A stretch of 64,000 nt of DNA, from positions 248,001-312,000 of the IMG/VR virus record IMGVR_UViG_3300040801_002079; one strand, written 5' to 3'. The notes under the pieces were generated by a model. It was not told where the DNA came from. It worked only from the letters and a program-made list of their open reading frames with translations, and ran no database searches. Position numbers and translations under genes: made by a program. Within the stretch, counting starts at the first letter, position 1; the number at the start of each line of letters is the position of its first letter. This document shows positions 10,037-18,599 of this stretch, piece by piece.

Positions 10037-10592
10037 CCGCTGAAAGCGGGTTGTTGGTTCGAAGAACCGATTTTTCATTTCCATCTTAAAGGGACTCGTA
10101 CCTCGCCCTTTAAGATAATTATATGGGGTTTTATCGATTGAGTTACTTATATGAATTAATTATTTAAGCCCTTAGAGTTAATTATAAGGGGGTTTTACCC
10201 TATCTCCCTCCCCCATTTTTCGTAATTACATAATAATTACAAGAAAATTGATCCCAAAGCCAAACTTAGTGGTTTTAGTTCTATCCACCATCAGAACCGA
10301 AATGCACCTAGATTACAATCAGAACAAATCGACTTACCCCTTCTGGTAAACACAGAGGAATATGTTTTAATAGGTCAGGCTATATGATTCCAGTTTAATT
10401 CCGAAAACTATTGCAATCATGAACCCCTATATGGACCTTAAGTACCTTTTAGTGTATATCGCGTTTACAGATATACGGCCTCTTTCGACGTTCACGGATT
10501 AGCCGTGTCAGTGCAGCCCATTCAGAATTATCAAGTTGTAATGTAATCAGGTTAAAGTAAGTATCGTAGGTATTGTAAGTATCGTAACTATT
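10031..10592. other. Structured non-coding element (candidate replication origin or ncRNA)
   Basis: No credible ORF; about ten inverted repeats (e.g. 10083-10093/10106-10116, 10222-10228/10234-10240, 10454-10460/10470-10476), an AT-rich tract and 4x9-bp repeats. Confidence 0.55.
10557..10592. repeat. Four tandem imperfect 9-bp repeats
   Basis: GTAAGTATC GTAGGTATT GTAAGTATC GTAACTATT. Confidence 0.85.
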
Positions 10593-11339
10593 TTAATTAA
10601 GTAATGCTTCTTCTATTAATTCAAAATTATATTCTTTATCTTTAGCTAGTTTAACTATTATTTCATACATTATTTTTGCATCATTAATATCTTCAATTGG
10701 TTTAGGTATATTACTCATTGCGAATGCTTCTTCACATTCGTTGCGTAACACATTTACATACCAATCATCATGTAGGTTATCATTTTCCAATAATGAAAGC
10801 ATTATCTCATGCTTCTTAAACCTACCCCCTGAAGTTCCAGCACAATTTTTACAAGGAAGTTTTTTACCTTTAGTGTTAAATTGCTCTGGATAAGTAAGCT
10901 CACACGCTTTAACTTTCAGAGTTGATGGTGAAACTACCACACCATGATATTCGATGTCAAGCATTAATTTGGTTCTTAATAGTGTACTGAACGTAACAAG
11001 ATCAATAAGAGGACCAGCAGCGGATGAATAGCTATAACCCTCAATGCAGATTATGGTTTCCTCTGCATCATTATTCAGGTTTAAAGCAATGTCGCTAATG
11101 ATATGGTCAGTTATCTCATTATATAATTTAAGTTTTGCTAGTTCGCTTTGCGAATACGGTAAACTCGTATCAACACCATCAAAGAATTTATAATCAACAT
11201 ATTGATCCATGAGTTTGAACCATTTCTTCAAACTCCCAGTTTTCGTCTTTGCTAAAGCATTCGTAGTGTAAACGTAAAATCGACCATTTATACACACTGC
11301 CGTACATGACAGTGAGGGGTCTATCGTTATTATATTCAT
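10593..11339 (-). CDS. ruvC: RuvC-like Holliday junction resolvase
   Basis: IDPS (first Asp), IEGY (Glu), SPSTLK, K(K)HEIM, DINDA (final Asp). Confidence 0.8.
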   Translation of the reverse strand: MNIITIDPSLSCTAVCINGRFYVYTTNALAKTKTGSLKKWFKLMDQYVDYKFFDGVDTSLPYSQSELAKLKLYNEITDHIISDIALNLNNDAEETIICIEGYSYSSAAGPLIDLVTFSTLLRTKLMLDIEYHGVVVSPSTLKVKACELTYPEQFNTKGKKLPCKNCAGTSGGRFKKHEIMLSLLENDNLHDDWYVNVLRNECEEAFAMSNIPKPIEDINDAKIMYEIIVKLAKDKEYNFELIEEALLN

Positions 11340-11380
11340 AACCCAGTCACCTTATTGTGACCTTATTTATGAATAATTTT

Positions 11381-11758
11381 TCAGTAGTTAACTACTATAA
11401 CATTCAACCCATTATCTTTGGCATACTTAATCATGTGGGCAGTGCCACGAGATTTACCATCCCAGAATGCAATTAATGAATCGGCATAATCACCCATCTG
11501 CTCGTTGCGTATGGGTCCAGCGGCCTTTCCATGTTTATCCCATTCTGCTGGAAACAGCATTACACCAACATGATTTTCTTTAGCCCAGCGTTCACCTAAA
11601 CTATCGGCACCACGAGCACCACCTGATACAATCTCTATTTCATCAGCATGATTGCCATTCCATATAGCATTTCGAAAATTTTCTAATGTTTTTGATAGTT
11701 TCTCGTAGTCATTAAAGTCTCTGCCACCAGCAACTATTACTTTGTGAAAATTAAACAT
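11381..11758 (-). CDS. SLOG-family protein (DUF2493/YspA-like)
   Basis: VIVAGGRDF, SGGARGAD, AAGPIRNEQM, AFWDGKSRGT. Confidence 0.85.
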   Translation of the reverse strand: MFNFHKVIVAGGRDFNDYEKLSKTLENFRNAIWNGNHADEIEIVSGGARGADSLGERWAKENHVGVMLFPAEWDKHGKAAGPIRNEQMGDYADSLIAFWDGKSRGTAHMIKYAKDNGLNVIVVNY

Positions 11759-11767
11759 ATCCCTATT

Positions 11768-11998
11768 TTAATATATCGGGTTGGGTTTTTTCAACTCATT
11801 TTTTATATGTTCTGTTTGGAACTCGTTAACCAAGTCCTTTTCAAAGGGGGTCATTTCCATTAATTCAGCATATGGTATGGAACCCCTACCGAAGTAAGCC
11901 ATAGAGATGCAAGATTGAACGATTGCTCTAATCTCACCCCTCAACCTAGCAATTTCCTTATTAATTATTGTTTTGTCTTCTTGGTTGAGGGCACGGTA
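11768..11998 (-). CDS. gp51-like frame (76 codons), probably reached by -1 frameshift from the gp26-like gene
   Basis: Open -1 frame YRALNQEDKTIINKEIARLRGEIRAIVQSCISMAYFGRGSIPYAELMEMTPFEKDLVNEFQTEHIKNELKKPNPIY*; ELMEMTPFE resembles the gp51 motif; begins at a T7 run. Confidence 0.7.
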   Translation of the reverse strand, partial: YRALNQEDKTIINKEIARLRGEIRAIVQSCISMAYFGRGSIPYAELMEMTPFEKDLVNEFQTEHIKNELKKPNPIY

Positions 11999-12924
11999 AA
12001 AAAATGAATCGGATTTAACGGAATCTCCGTTTTACTCTCATATGAACACTTTTTACACTTAAACTCATATTCCTTGGATGTTCCCCAATCATTAGCAACT
12101 TGGATATATTCTTGCATCTCGTCAATGACTGGAGCCTCACATGCTAGCGCCCATTCACGAATATGCTCTTTATTTGTAACTCCATTAACCGATTTGATGA
12201 CAGACAACAGTGTGTCAATAATGAAATCAGCCATTTCCTCAGGAGTTTCAATTTTTGTCATATCGTACTGGAACAATGTTAACATTTCTTTAAATGTTGA
12301 AGGACGTAGCTCAATCTCTTCACCAGTGGCTACAGTAAATTTGTAGTCATCCAGATTTGGATCAAACGGCACAGTATCACGTAAGAACTTATTAAGGTTT
12401 ATTTGATAAGTTGGTTTAACATTTACAAGTTCTGTGTATGAAGATTCCTCACCTTCTCTTCTCTGATCAATGCGATGCTCATCGGTTGACGATTCTGGAA
12501 TTATTTCTTTATCATTTCCACACTTGGGGCAATTCCAGTAAATGTCCAACTCTGATCCGTAAGTTACCATTCTTAAGCAGACTAATAGGTAATCTACATC
12601 ATTGGATAACAAATCCATCGGTTTTTTAATTTGAGGCATACACCGCTGAAATACCTTTTCAATAGCTGAACCTTGAAATAGCATATCAGGTGAACGCATT
12701 GTAATCTCATCAACTGTTGTCATGGGATAAACTAATACTTCACCATTAACAACCTCCTCATCCAGTTCACCATTAGTATACGTAACACCTCCAGATGGAA
12801 GTCTAAATGTCTCCGGGGGCATCTTGTTGAAACGTGCCATTAATGGATTGGGTGGAGGAGCGTATGTTCTGGTAGCCTCTTCTGTTTCAGGCTTAACTTC
12901 GTTTACATGTTCGTTCATCATCAA
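11965..12924 (-). CDS. gp26: Baseplate hub assembly protein / tail chaperone (T4 gp26-like)
   Basis: LPSGG, PMTTVDE, DVDYLLVCLRMVTYG, two CxxC pairs, C-terminal FF. Confidence 0.8.
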   Translation of the reverse strand: MMMNEHVNEVKPETEEATRTYAPPPNPLMARFNKMPPETFRLPSGGVTYTNGELDEEVVNGEVLVYPMTTVDEITMRSPDMLFQGSAIEKVFQRCMPQIKKPMDLLSNDVDYLLVCLRMVTYGSELDIYWNCPKCGNDKEIIPESSTDEHRIDQRREGEESSYTELVNVKPTYQINLNKFLRDTVPFDPNLDDYKFTVATGEEIELRPSTFKEMLTLFQYDMTKIETPEEMADFIIDTLLSVIKSVNGVTNKEHIREWALACEAPVIDEMQEYIQVANDWGTSKEYEFKCKKCSYESKTEIPLNPIHFFTVPSTKKTKQ

Positions 12925-12949
12925 CCTCTAATAATTATCGTTGTATTCA

Positions 12950-13003
12950 TATTTATAAGTACAAAAAAATGGTGATTTTACCGTTAAGATATAATCATAA
13001 ATA
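12950..13003. promoter_or_regulatory. Back-to-back late promoters at the main strand switch
   Basis: Minus TATAAATA 12950-12957 (gp26-like) and plus CATAAATA 12996-13003 (baseplate cluster). Confidence 0.75.
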
Positions 13004-13045
13004 CATATACGCAATGATTTATATATTGTCAGGAGATAGATTATC

Positions 13046-13696
13046 ATGGGTATAATACGGGACGCTGCTTTTAATAGAGATGGTGGAATTATAGCGAATC
13101 AGCAACGATTTGTTCAGCAGCAACAAAGAGAGGACCATAGCTTGGGTGGTTCTCAAGAAGAAATTAGATTAATAGCCCGAGATGGTCAGGAAGGTCAACA
13201 CGGGGTAAGATTATTCGTCACACCCGAATTAAATGAAACACGTACTGTAAATTATCAAGAAATATCGGAAATGCGACAAGCCGGTGGAATATTGATCTAT
13301 ATTGGTACTCAGGCTAGGACTTATCAAATAACAGCCCGGATGGTCTCAAGATCACAAAGAGAGGCAGACTTAACATACAAATATACACACCTATTAAAAT
13401 CATGGACTGTCCCAAGAAAGGGCGGCGGAGTGTTTGACGATGAAAACGCACCCGAAGTTTTAAAACTATATGGTTATGGACAGGAGCGTCAAATAAGAGG
13501 GGTTCCTGTTGTTATAACATCGCTGAGCATTGATTTCCCGTCTGCTGTAACCTACGTAACAACTAGGGATGGAAAGGCCCATGTCCCCGTTATACAAACA
13601 TTCACAATATCATTGAAAGAAGCCAGAAGACCGGAAGAGTTACAGGATAATTTTGACCTCACTGCGTACAAACAGGGCACATTGAAAAATTGGTAA
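13046..13696 (+). CDS. Baseplate/tube initiator protein (gp48-like)
   Basis: First gene of the baseplate cluster; APEVLKLYGYG...GVPVVITSLSIDFP...ISLKE pattern of tube-fold initiators. Confidence 0.55.
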   Translation: MGIIRDAAFNRDGGIIANQQRFVQQQQREDHSLGGSQEEIRLIARDGQEGQHGVRLFVTPELNETRTVNYQEISEMRQAGGILIYIGTQARTYQITARMVSRSQREADLTYKYTHLLKSWTVPRKGGGVFDDENAPEVLKLYGYGQERQIRGVPVVITSLSIDFPSAVTYVTTRDGKAHVPVIQTFTISLKEARRPEELQDNFDLTAYKQGTLKNW

Positions 13697-13702
13697 ACGA
13701 TC

Positions 13703-14068
13703 ATGAGCATTAAAGAATATCCAAACAAATCATCAGCTTTAAAGCGTAAAAGCCGTTATGTTCAGGGCGGTACAACCGAATTAAAAAGAAAAAGATTGGG
13801 TTGGTGGGAAAGAGATATAGATATTCCCAAAGATGATATTACAGATATTGAATTAACAATAGGTGGCAAATATACTAATCGCCCCGATCTTGTGGCACAT
13901 GATTACTATAGAGATGCAACGTTAGCATGGATTGTGTTACAGTATAATGATATAGTTGACGTTAAGGATGAGTTTGTTACAGGCAAAACAATTACCATTC
14001 CATCAGCAGACAGAGTTTATTTTGAGATATTAACGAGTAGTGTCAAAGTTCAAGAATCGGTATTATAA
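13703..14068 (+). CDS. LysM-like baseplate wedge protein (gp53-like)
   Basis: RPDLVAHDYY...LAWIVLQYN...GKTITIP. Confidence 0.8.
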   Translation: MSIKEYPNKSSALKRKSRYVQGGTTELKRKRLGWWERDIDIPKDDITDIELTIGGKYTNRPDLVAHDYYRDATLAWIVLQYNDIVDVKDEFVTGKTITIPSADRVYFEILTSSVKVQESVL

Positions 14069-15904
14069 ATGTCAGAACCTAAAAACCCATTAGATCAATT
14101 TAGTACATATCAGGTACGCCACATCTTAGGAGCATATAAAAATACTCCTTCAGCGGAAAGTTATAATCTTGTAATAACTTCCGGTAAAAGTGGAACATCC
14201 ATAGCAGGGGGTGACGGTGTTGTTGTAGCTAATGAGTTTGTTGATAGCGTGTTTAGTGTGCCATCTGTAGTATGGAGATGGGGAAAGGTTGGAGAATATA
14301 GCGCAACCACCACTCATATGGATGGAGTTATAGAAATAGGTGATGCTACGGGAGGTAGGTTCCTTGACTGGTTTCGCACAAATGTTATAAAAACATTAGG
14401 CAAATCTACTGACCACTTAACGTTTGCTTTAAAAACTTATTTTATTGGGGTCAATCGAATAAATGAAACAAAGGATGTAATAACAGGTAATCCATTAATA
14501 TTCCATGTGCATCATATAAGGGATATCATGAATGTGAAAGGGGAGGGGACCCGAGTAAGACTTGATTTTAGTGCTGCATATAATGCAACAGGACAGAACC
14601 CAGCAGTCTGCAAGCCCTATCAGTTAACACTAACACACAAAAGCGGAAACCTAACCAATACTGACCCCGAAGAACCTAACGGTAGCTGCTCTATATCAGA
14701 CCGAGGATCGGAGGATGCTTCGTTTTTCGACCCCAGAAAAGAAAGACTTGATAAAAGTAAACCAATGAGGACACTAAAAGAGTTATTTGAAGCATTTGAA
14801 GCCGACCTTAATCAACAACCAGAAGCCCACAAAATGCAGGTTCAGAAATGGTTAAGTAAAATAAGAGATAATTATGTTCAAAAGATAACGCCACCCGAAC
14901 AAGAACGAGGTGAGAAATTACCCATTGAGTTCGAAGTGAAACTTGACCCCATATATTATGGATATAAGGTTGATAATAGAAACTTACCATTTGAGCAAAC
15001 AGAAGAACGCCCCGATGAAACCAAGGGGGTGACATCTGTACCATTTAGGCCCGGAGCACCACTAACAGAAATGATTGAAACTCTCATGAAGTATTCAATC
15101 AAAGTGGGTGAAGACGCAGCCTTGCCACAAAATGCAAAAACGTTCGCATCCAATATTAGCTATGTTGTAGATCGGGATGATAAAATCAAGATCAAGATCA
15201 AGATCAAACAAATAACAATACCCTACACCACTCAAGACTTTGGAGATACTGGACCAGACAAGGCATTAAAGCCATTAACATTTTCATTCAAATCTAGGAC
15301 CGGTGTCGATAATGATATAACATTTCTTAAAACTACAATATCAACTGATGCGGGAATTATACCCCTTGAAACCCCACAAACCGACAGTGCCAAAAAACCA
15401 TTAGTTATTTTTGGTAATAGAGAAACACAGACAGGGGAACGAATACCAACAAGCGCTCCGGGAGATAAATTCTTTGATTCAGGATTTAGTGGACTGCGTT
15501 TACCTATAATGCCATATTTAAATACTGGGTTGGAAAATGCAGAAGCGGCAAGTAACGTTGATATTATGAACTTTATAAAGCTAAACCAAAGAAGTGACCA
15601 TCAAATAGAAATAAGAGGAAATTCAAGCTTAATGTTTGATTTCCACCGATTACCCAGTGAAGCAGCGGAACTTGAAAATCCCGGAGAGGCCGAGTATTAT
15701 CAAATTCCAGAATCATATCCAATGTATCTGAAGATTGATATATTCTTAAGGGGAGATGCTGTTATTGGACTGGATAGAGACAGGGGCGTTCCTGAGCAAT
15801 ACTTTTATAAAAATCATTATGAAATTTCAGGAGTTATTAATAACTTAACAGACGGGGCATTTTATCAAACTATATTACTCAAGAAAACGGACGATATTAT
15901 ATAA
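14069..15904 (+). CDS. Probable baseplate hub protein (gp27-like)
   Basis: Between gp53-like and spike genes; N-terminal NPLDQFSTY, C-terminal IEIRGN and YEISGVINNLTDGAFYQTI. Confidence 0.55.
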   Translation: MSEPKNPLDQFSTYQVRHILGAYKNTPSAESYNLVITSGKSGTSIAGGDGVVVANEFVDSVFSVPSVVWRWGKVGEYSATTTHMDGVIEIGDATGGRFLDWFRTNVIKTLGKSTDHLTFALKTYFIGVNRINETKDVITGNPLIFHVHHIRDIMNVKGEGTRVRLDFSAAYNATGQNPAVCKPYQLTLTHKSGNLTNTDPEEPNGSCSISDRGSEDASFFDPRKERLDKSKPMRTLKELFEAFEADLNQQPEAHKMQVQKWLSKIRDNYVQKITPPEQERGEKLPIEFEVKLDPIYYGYKVDNRNLPFEQTEERPDETKGVTSVPFRPGAPLTEMIETLMKYSIKVGEDAALPQNAKTFASNISYVVDRDDKIKIKIKIKQITIPYTTQDFGDTGPDKALKPLTFSFKSRTGVDNDITFLKTTISTDAGIIPLETPQTDSAKKPLVIFGNRETQTGERIPTSAPGDKFFDSGFSGLRLPIMPYLNTGLENAEAASNVDIMNFIKLNQRSDHQIEIRGNSSLMFDFHRLPSEAAELENPGEAEYYQIPESYPMYLKIDIFLRGDAVIGLDRDRGVPEQYFYKNHYEISGVINNLTDGAFYQTILLKKTDDII

Positions 15905-17667
15905 TGGGCGCACTATCAAGAATCAGAGAAAAGTTAACACTTAATGGGGTGGGGGATAATCATACCACCGCTGGTTTCGGTATAACCATAGGCACGGTTG
16001 TTGATACGGATGATCCGCTACAGATGGGTCGGTTGAGGATTTACTGTCCTGATTTAAATGATGACCCTAAAAAGGTACAACATTTGCCATGGGCCGTTTA
16101 CGCCTCGCCTTTTGGAGGAAGCATTCGCAATGCATGTCATGCAAAGGGACACCCACACCCTGACATGGAAAATAAATCATCGGGTGTTACGCAATATGGT
16201 TTTTGGGCCATACCTGAAAAGGGTGCAAACGTATTGGTTACATGGATCAACGGCGATCCACGAAAGCGAGTTTGGTTGGGTTGCCTATATGAGCAGCAAG
16301 AAACGGGTGGACTATTTCATGGGGTGTATGATTGGGGAAGCGGAGACGGTAAACCCGATGGTCCGTTTTCAGCACCTGAACCAGACTTTGATGGTGATGA
16401 TACAAAAAATAAAATACAACCACTCTACGATAACCTAACTGAAGCATTTGATGGTGATAGAAAATCCGCCGAATGGAAGACTCGTGGAGCAGACTATGCT
16501 GGTGCAGTTAATGTTGATATCGATAAAAAGCACACCAATTCAGAACTTCAATCGGGTGAAGATGATTCATGGGTTAAAAGTAAGCTAGGAGCGGCAGGAT
16601 ATGATTGGACATCATTTAAAAACCTTGGATCATATTTAGCTTCAAAAGTTGTTGGGTTTATGTCACCCGGATTACACTCTATTTCATTTGATGATAGGCC
16701 CTTTAATTCTCGAATCAAATTGCGTACAACAGCAGGACATCAGATTATATTAGATGATACTAATGAACGCATATATGTTAATACATATGAGGGAAAATCA
16801 TGGATTGAATTGGATAGAAACGGCAACATTGATGTTTATTCCGATAAGCGCATATCAATGAGGGCTAAGAAAGACATTAACTTCTCGACGGATGAGTCAT
16901 TCAGAGTAAAGGCTAAGAAAGGAATATTCATGTATGCGGGAGATAAAGATGGGCAGACCCCGTTAGATTCAATCCCTCCCGATGGTCAAATTAGGTTCCA
17001 CTCAGAAAATGACACCCACTTTTTTACTGAAGGTGACTTCTTTCAAACAATTAATAAAAACTATGATTTCACACTGGATGGCAATTTCACAGGAGAGATT
17101 GGGGGTAAGTATAATCTACAGCTTAATACTAATACGTATAATGTATTAACGCCCAATAACAGTATAATGATTAATGGCTCGAAGATTGAATTTGATACAA
17201 TTAAACTTGTAATAGATGCCGGTAGCAAGATTCAATTACAAGGCGGGTCTTCAACCGTGCAGATTGCATCAGGTACAATTAAATTAGATGCTCCTAATAT
17301 AGGATTTAATGCGGCGGGTGGACATACGGTTACATCAATGGTGACAGGAATTAATGTAGCATTGGCTTGTTGCCCAACATCCCCCCTAATTCCAATTCCT
17401 CAAATTGTTTCCCCAGAGATGTTAAGTAACCCCAATGTTATCGTAGACGAAACTGAGATAGCTCCATGGACTAATAGAGTGCCCGATCATGAGCCGTGGC
17501 CTAGAGTTATGAAATTAGATGAAACGGTTAATAAGTCTGATGATGGGCATAAGAATAATGTTAGATGGAAAGACCAGTTTGATAATACATCCGATAAGGG
17601 TAGAAAAAATATTGGAATCATCGAAGGTGATGAAGAAACTACTCGCGGGGATTTTTGGAGAAGGTAA
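15904..17667 (+). CDS. Baseplate central spike (gp5/VgrG-like OB fold plus beta-helix)
   Basis: GTVVDTDDPLQMGRLRIYCP, PEKGANVLV, RTTAGHQIILDDT, beta-rich repeats, RVPDHEPW; no lysozyme motifs seen. Confidence 0.85.
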   Translation: MGALSRIREKLTLNGVGDNHTTAGFGITIGTVVDTDDPLQMGRLRIYCPDLNDDPKKVQHLPWAVYASPFGGSIRNACHAKGHPHPDMENKSSGVTQYGFWAIPEKGANVLVTWINGDPRKRVWLGCLYEQQETGGLFHGVYDWGSGDGKPDGPFSAPEPDFDGDDTKNKIQPLYDNLTEAFDGDRKSAEWKTRGADYAGAVNVDIDKKHTNSELQSGEDDSWVKSKLGAAGYDWTSFKNLGSYLASKVVGFMSPGLHSISFDDRPFNSRIKLRTTAGHQIILDDTNERIYVNTYEGKSWIELDRNGNIDVYSDKRISMRAKKDINFSTDESFRVKAKKGIFMYAGDKDGQTPLDSIPPDGQIRFHSENDTHFFTEGDFFQTINKNYDFTLDGNFTGEIGGKYNLQLNTNTYNVLTPNNSIMINGSKIEFDTIKLVIDAGSKIQLQGGSSTVQIASGTIKLDAPNIGFNAAGGHTVTSMVTGINVALACCPTSPLIPIPQIVSPEMLSNPNVIVDETEIAPWTNRVPDHEPWPRVMKLDETVNKSDDGHKNNVRWKDQFDNTSDKGRKNIGIIEGDEETTRGDFWRR

Positions 17668-17693
17668 TAAATATATACCAGAGGTTATTAATT

Positions 17694-18158
17694 ATGAAAA
17701 TTGAAGACATTTTAAATGAGGCTAGAAGTCGTGAAGAGGCATGGTGGATTGATGACGCACTGGAGTCTGCATGGGAAAATGATTACGTATTGTTTTACGA
17801 GGAAGTTCAGGGAATGGTGGAAGAACTTGCTGATATGTATCCCGATAATCCCAAAGCTAAGAAGGCACAGAATTATTTCATGAAACAATTCGCGGGCCTT
17901 GAAAATGCAAAAATAGCAGAGAATGAATATAATGAAAAGTTTATTCACTATGTTCTGGGGACCGATTATCGAAGTGGCGAAATGCCATTCTCTGAGGCGA
18001 TTAAGCGTTTAAGGGAATTTGAAAAATGGGTTGACGATGTTGATGTATATTATGAGCCTAGTGATATTGAGGATGCTGAATATGCTGAAGGACGATTTGA
18101 TTATAATGGACCCAATGACCCATATGCTGAAAGAGGCGTTAAACGATCTGACTTTTAA
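17694..18158 (+). CDS. Acidic hypothetical protein, probable head-internal protein
   Basis: Start moved to ATG 17694 (GAGG RBS, AATAAATA at 17666); N-terminus MKIEDILNE-A resembles a capsid-targeting/cleavage leader. Confidence 0.55.
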   Translation: MKIEDILNEARSREEAWWIDDALESAWENDYVLFYEEVQGMVEELADMYPDNPKAKKAQNYFMKQFAGLENAKIAENEYNEKFIHYVLGTDYRSGEMPFSEAIKRLREFEKWVDDVDVYYEPSDIEDAEYAEGRFDYNGPNDPYAERGVKRSDF

Positions 18159-18160
18159 TC

Positions 18161-18556
18161 ATGACTAAGAAGAACATATACAGAGGTATTTCCTTTATAC
18201 GGTATAAAGATAAAAAGACATTATCTTTATCAGATAAGGAACTGGTTAAACAAGATATACTTAACCACATTTATACGCGGATAAATGAGCGCATAATGAT
18301 GCCACGATTTGGGACACGAATATCTGATATGCCATTCGATCCACTGGATGATATCCTTTTAACATTCTTAGAAGATGATCTTTTAACTGTCATGGAATAT
18401 GATCCCCGCGTTGAGTTACAAAGAAGTGAAACATCGAACGGGATACAAATAACACCATTATATGATGAGAATATAGTGATAGCTACCGTACAGTTATTTT
18501 ATGTTGAGCTTGATTTGTCGGAATCAATTGATATTAGGCTAGATTTTAATACGTGA
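18161..18556 (+). CDS. gp25: Baseplate wedge protein gp25-like
   Basis: LVKQDILNHIYTRINERIMMPRFGT, YDPRV. Confidence 0.9.
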   Translation: MTKKNIYRGISFIRYKDKKTLSLSDKELVKQDILNHIYTRINERIMMPRFGTRISDMPFDPLDDILLTFLEDDLLTVMEYDPRVELQRSETSNGIQITPLYDENIVIATVQLFYVELDLSESIDIRLDFNT

Positions 18557-18599
18557 ATAAAGAAATAAATAGAAATATACGATTAGGGATTAAACTATT

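Noticed and set aside
10056-10290. tRNA or tmRNA (GGTTCGAA at 10056, GGGG at 10125, TCCACCA at 10284)
   Set aside because: No T-arm stem, acceptor stem does not pair, no cloverleaf, too short for tmRNA.
8337-11339. Type IV CRISPR or TnpB/TIGR-type RNA-guided system (DinG plus RuvC)
   Set aside because: No repeat-spacer array, no Cas5/6/7, and the RuvC is a compact resolvase without recognisable Nop, WED or zinc-finger parts; only the unexplained structured region is kept as a finding.
15186-15208. (ATCAAG)n microsatellite
   Set aside because: Encodes a KIKIKIK beta strand in frame; too short to imply phase variation.
17655-17693. Upstream start given by the ORF track
   Set aside because: Overlaps the spike gene and the late promoter; ATG 17694 has the RBS.
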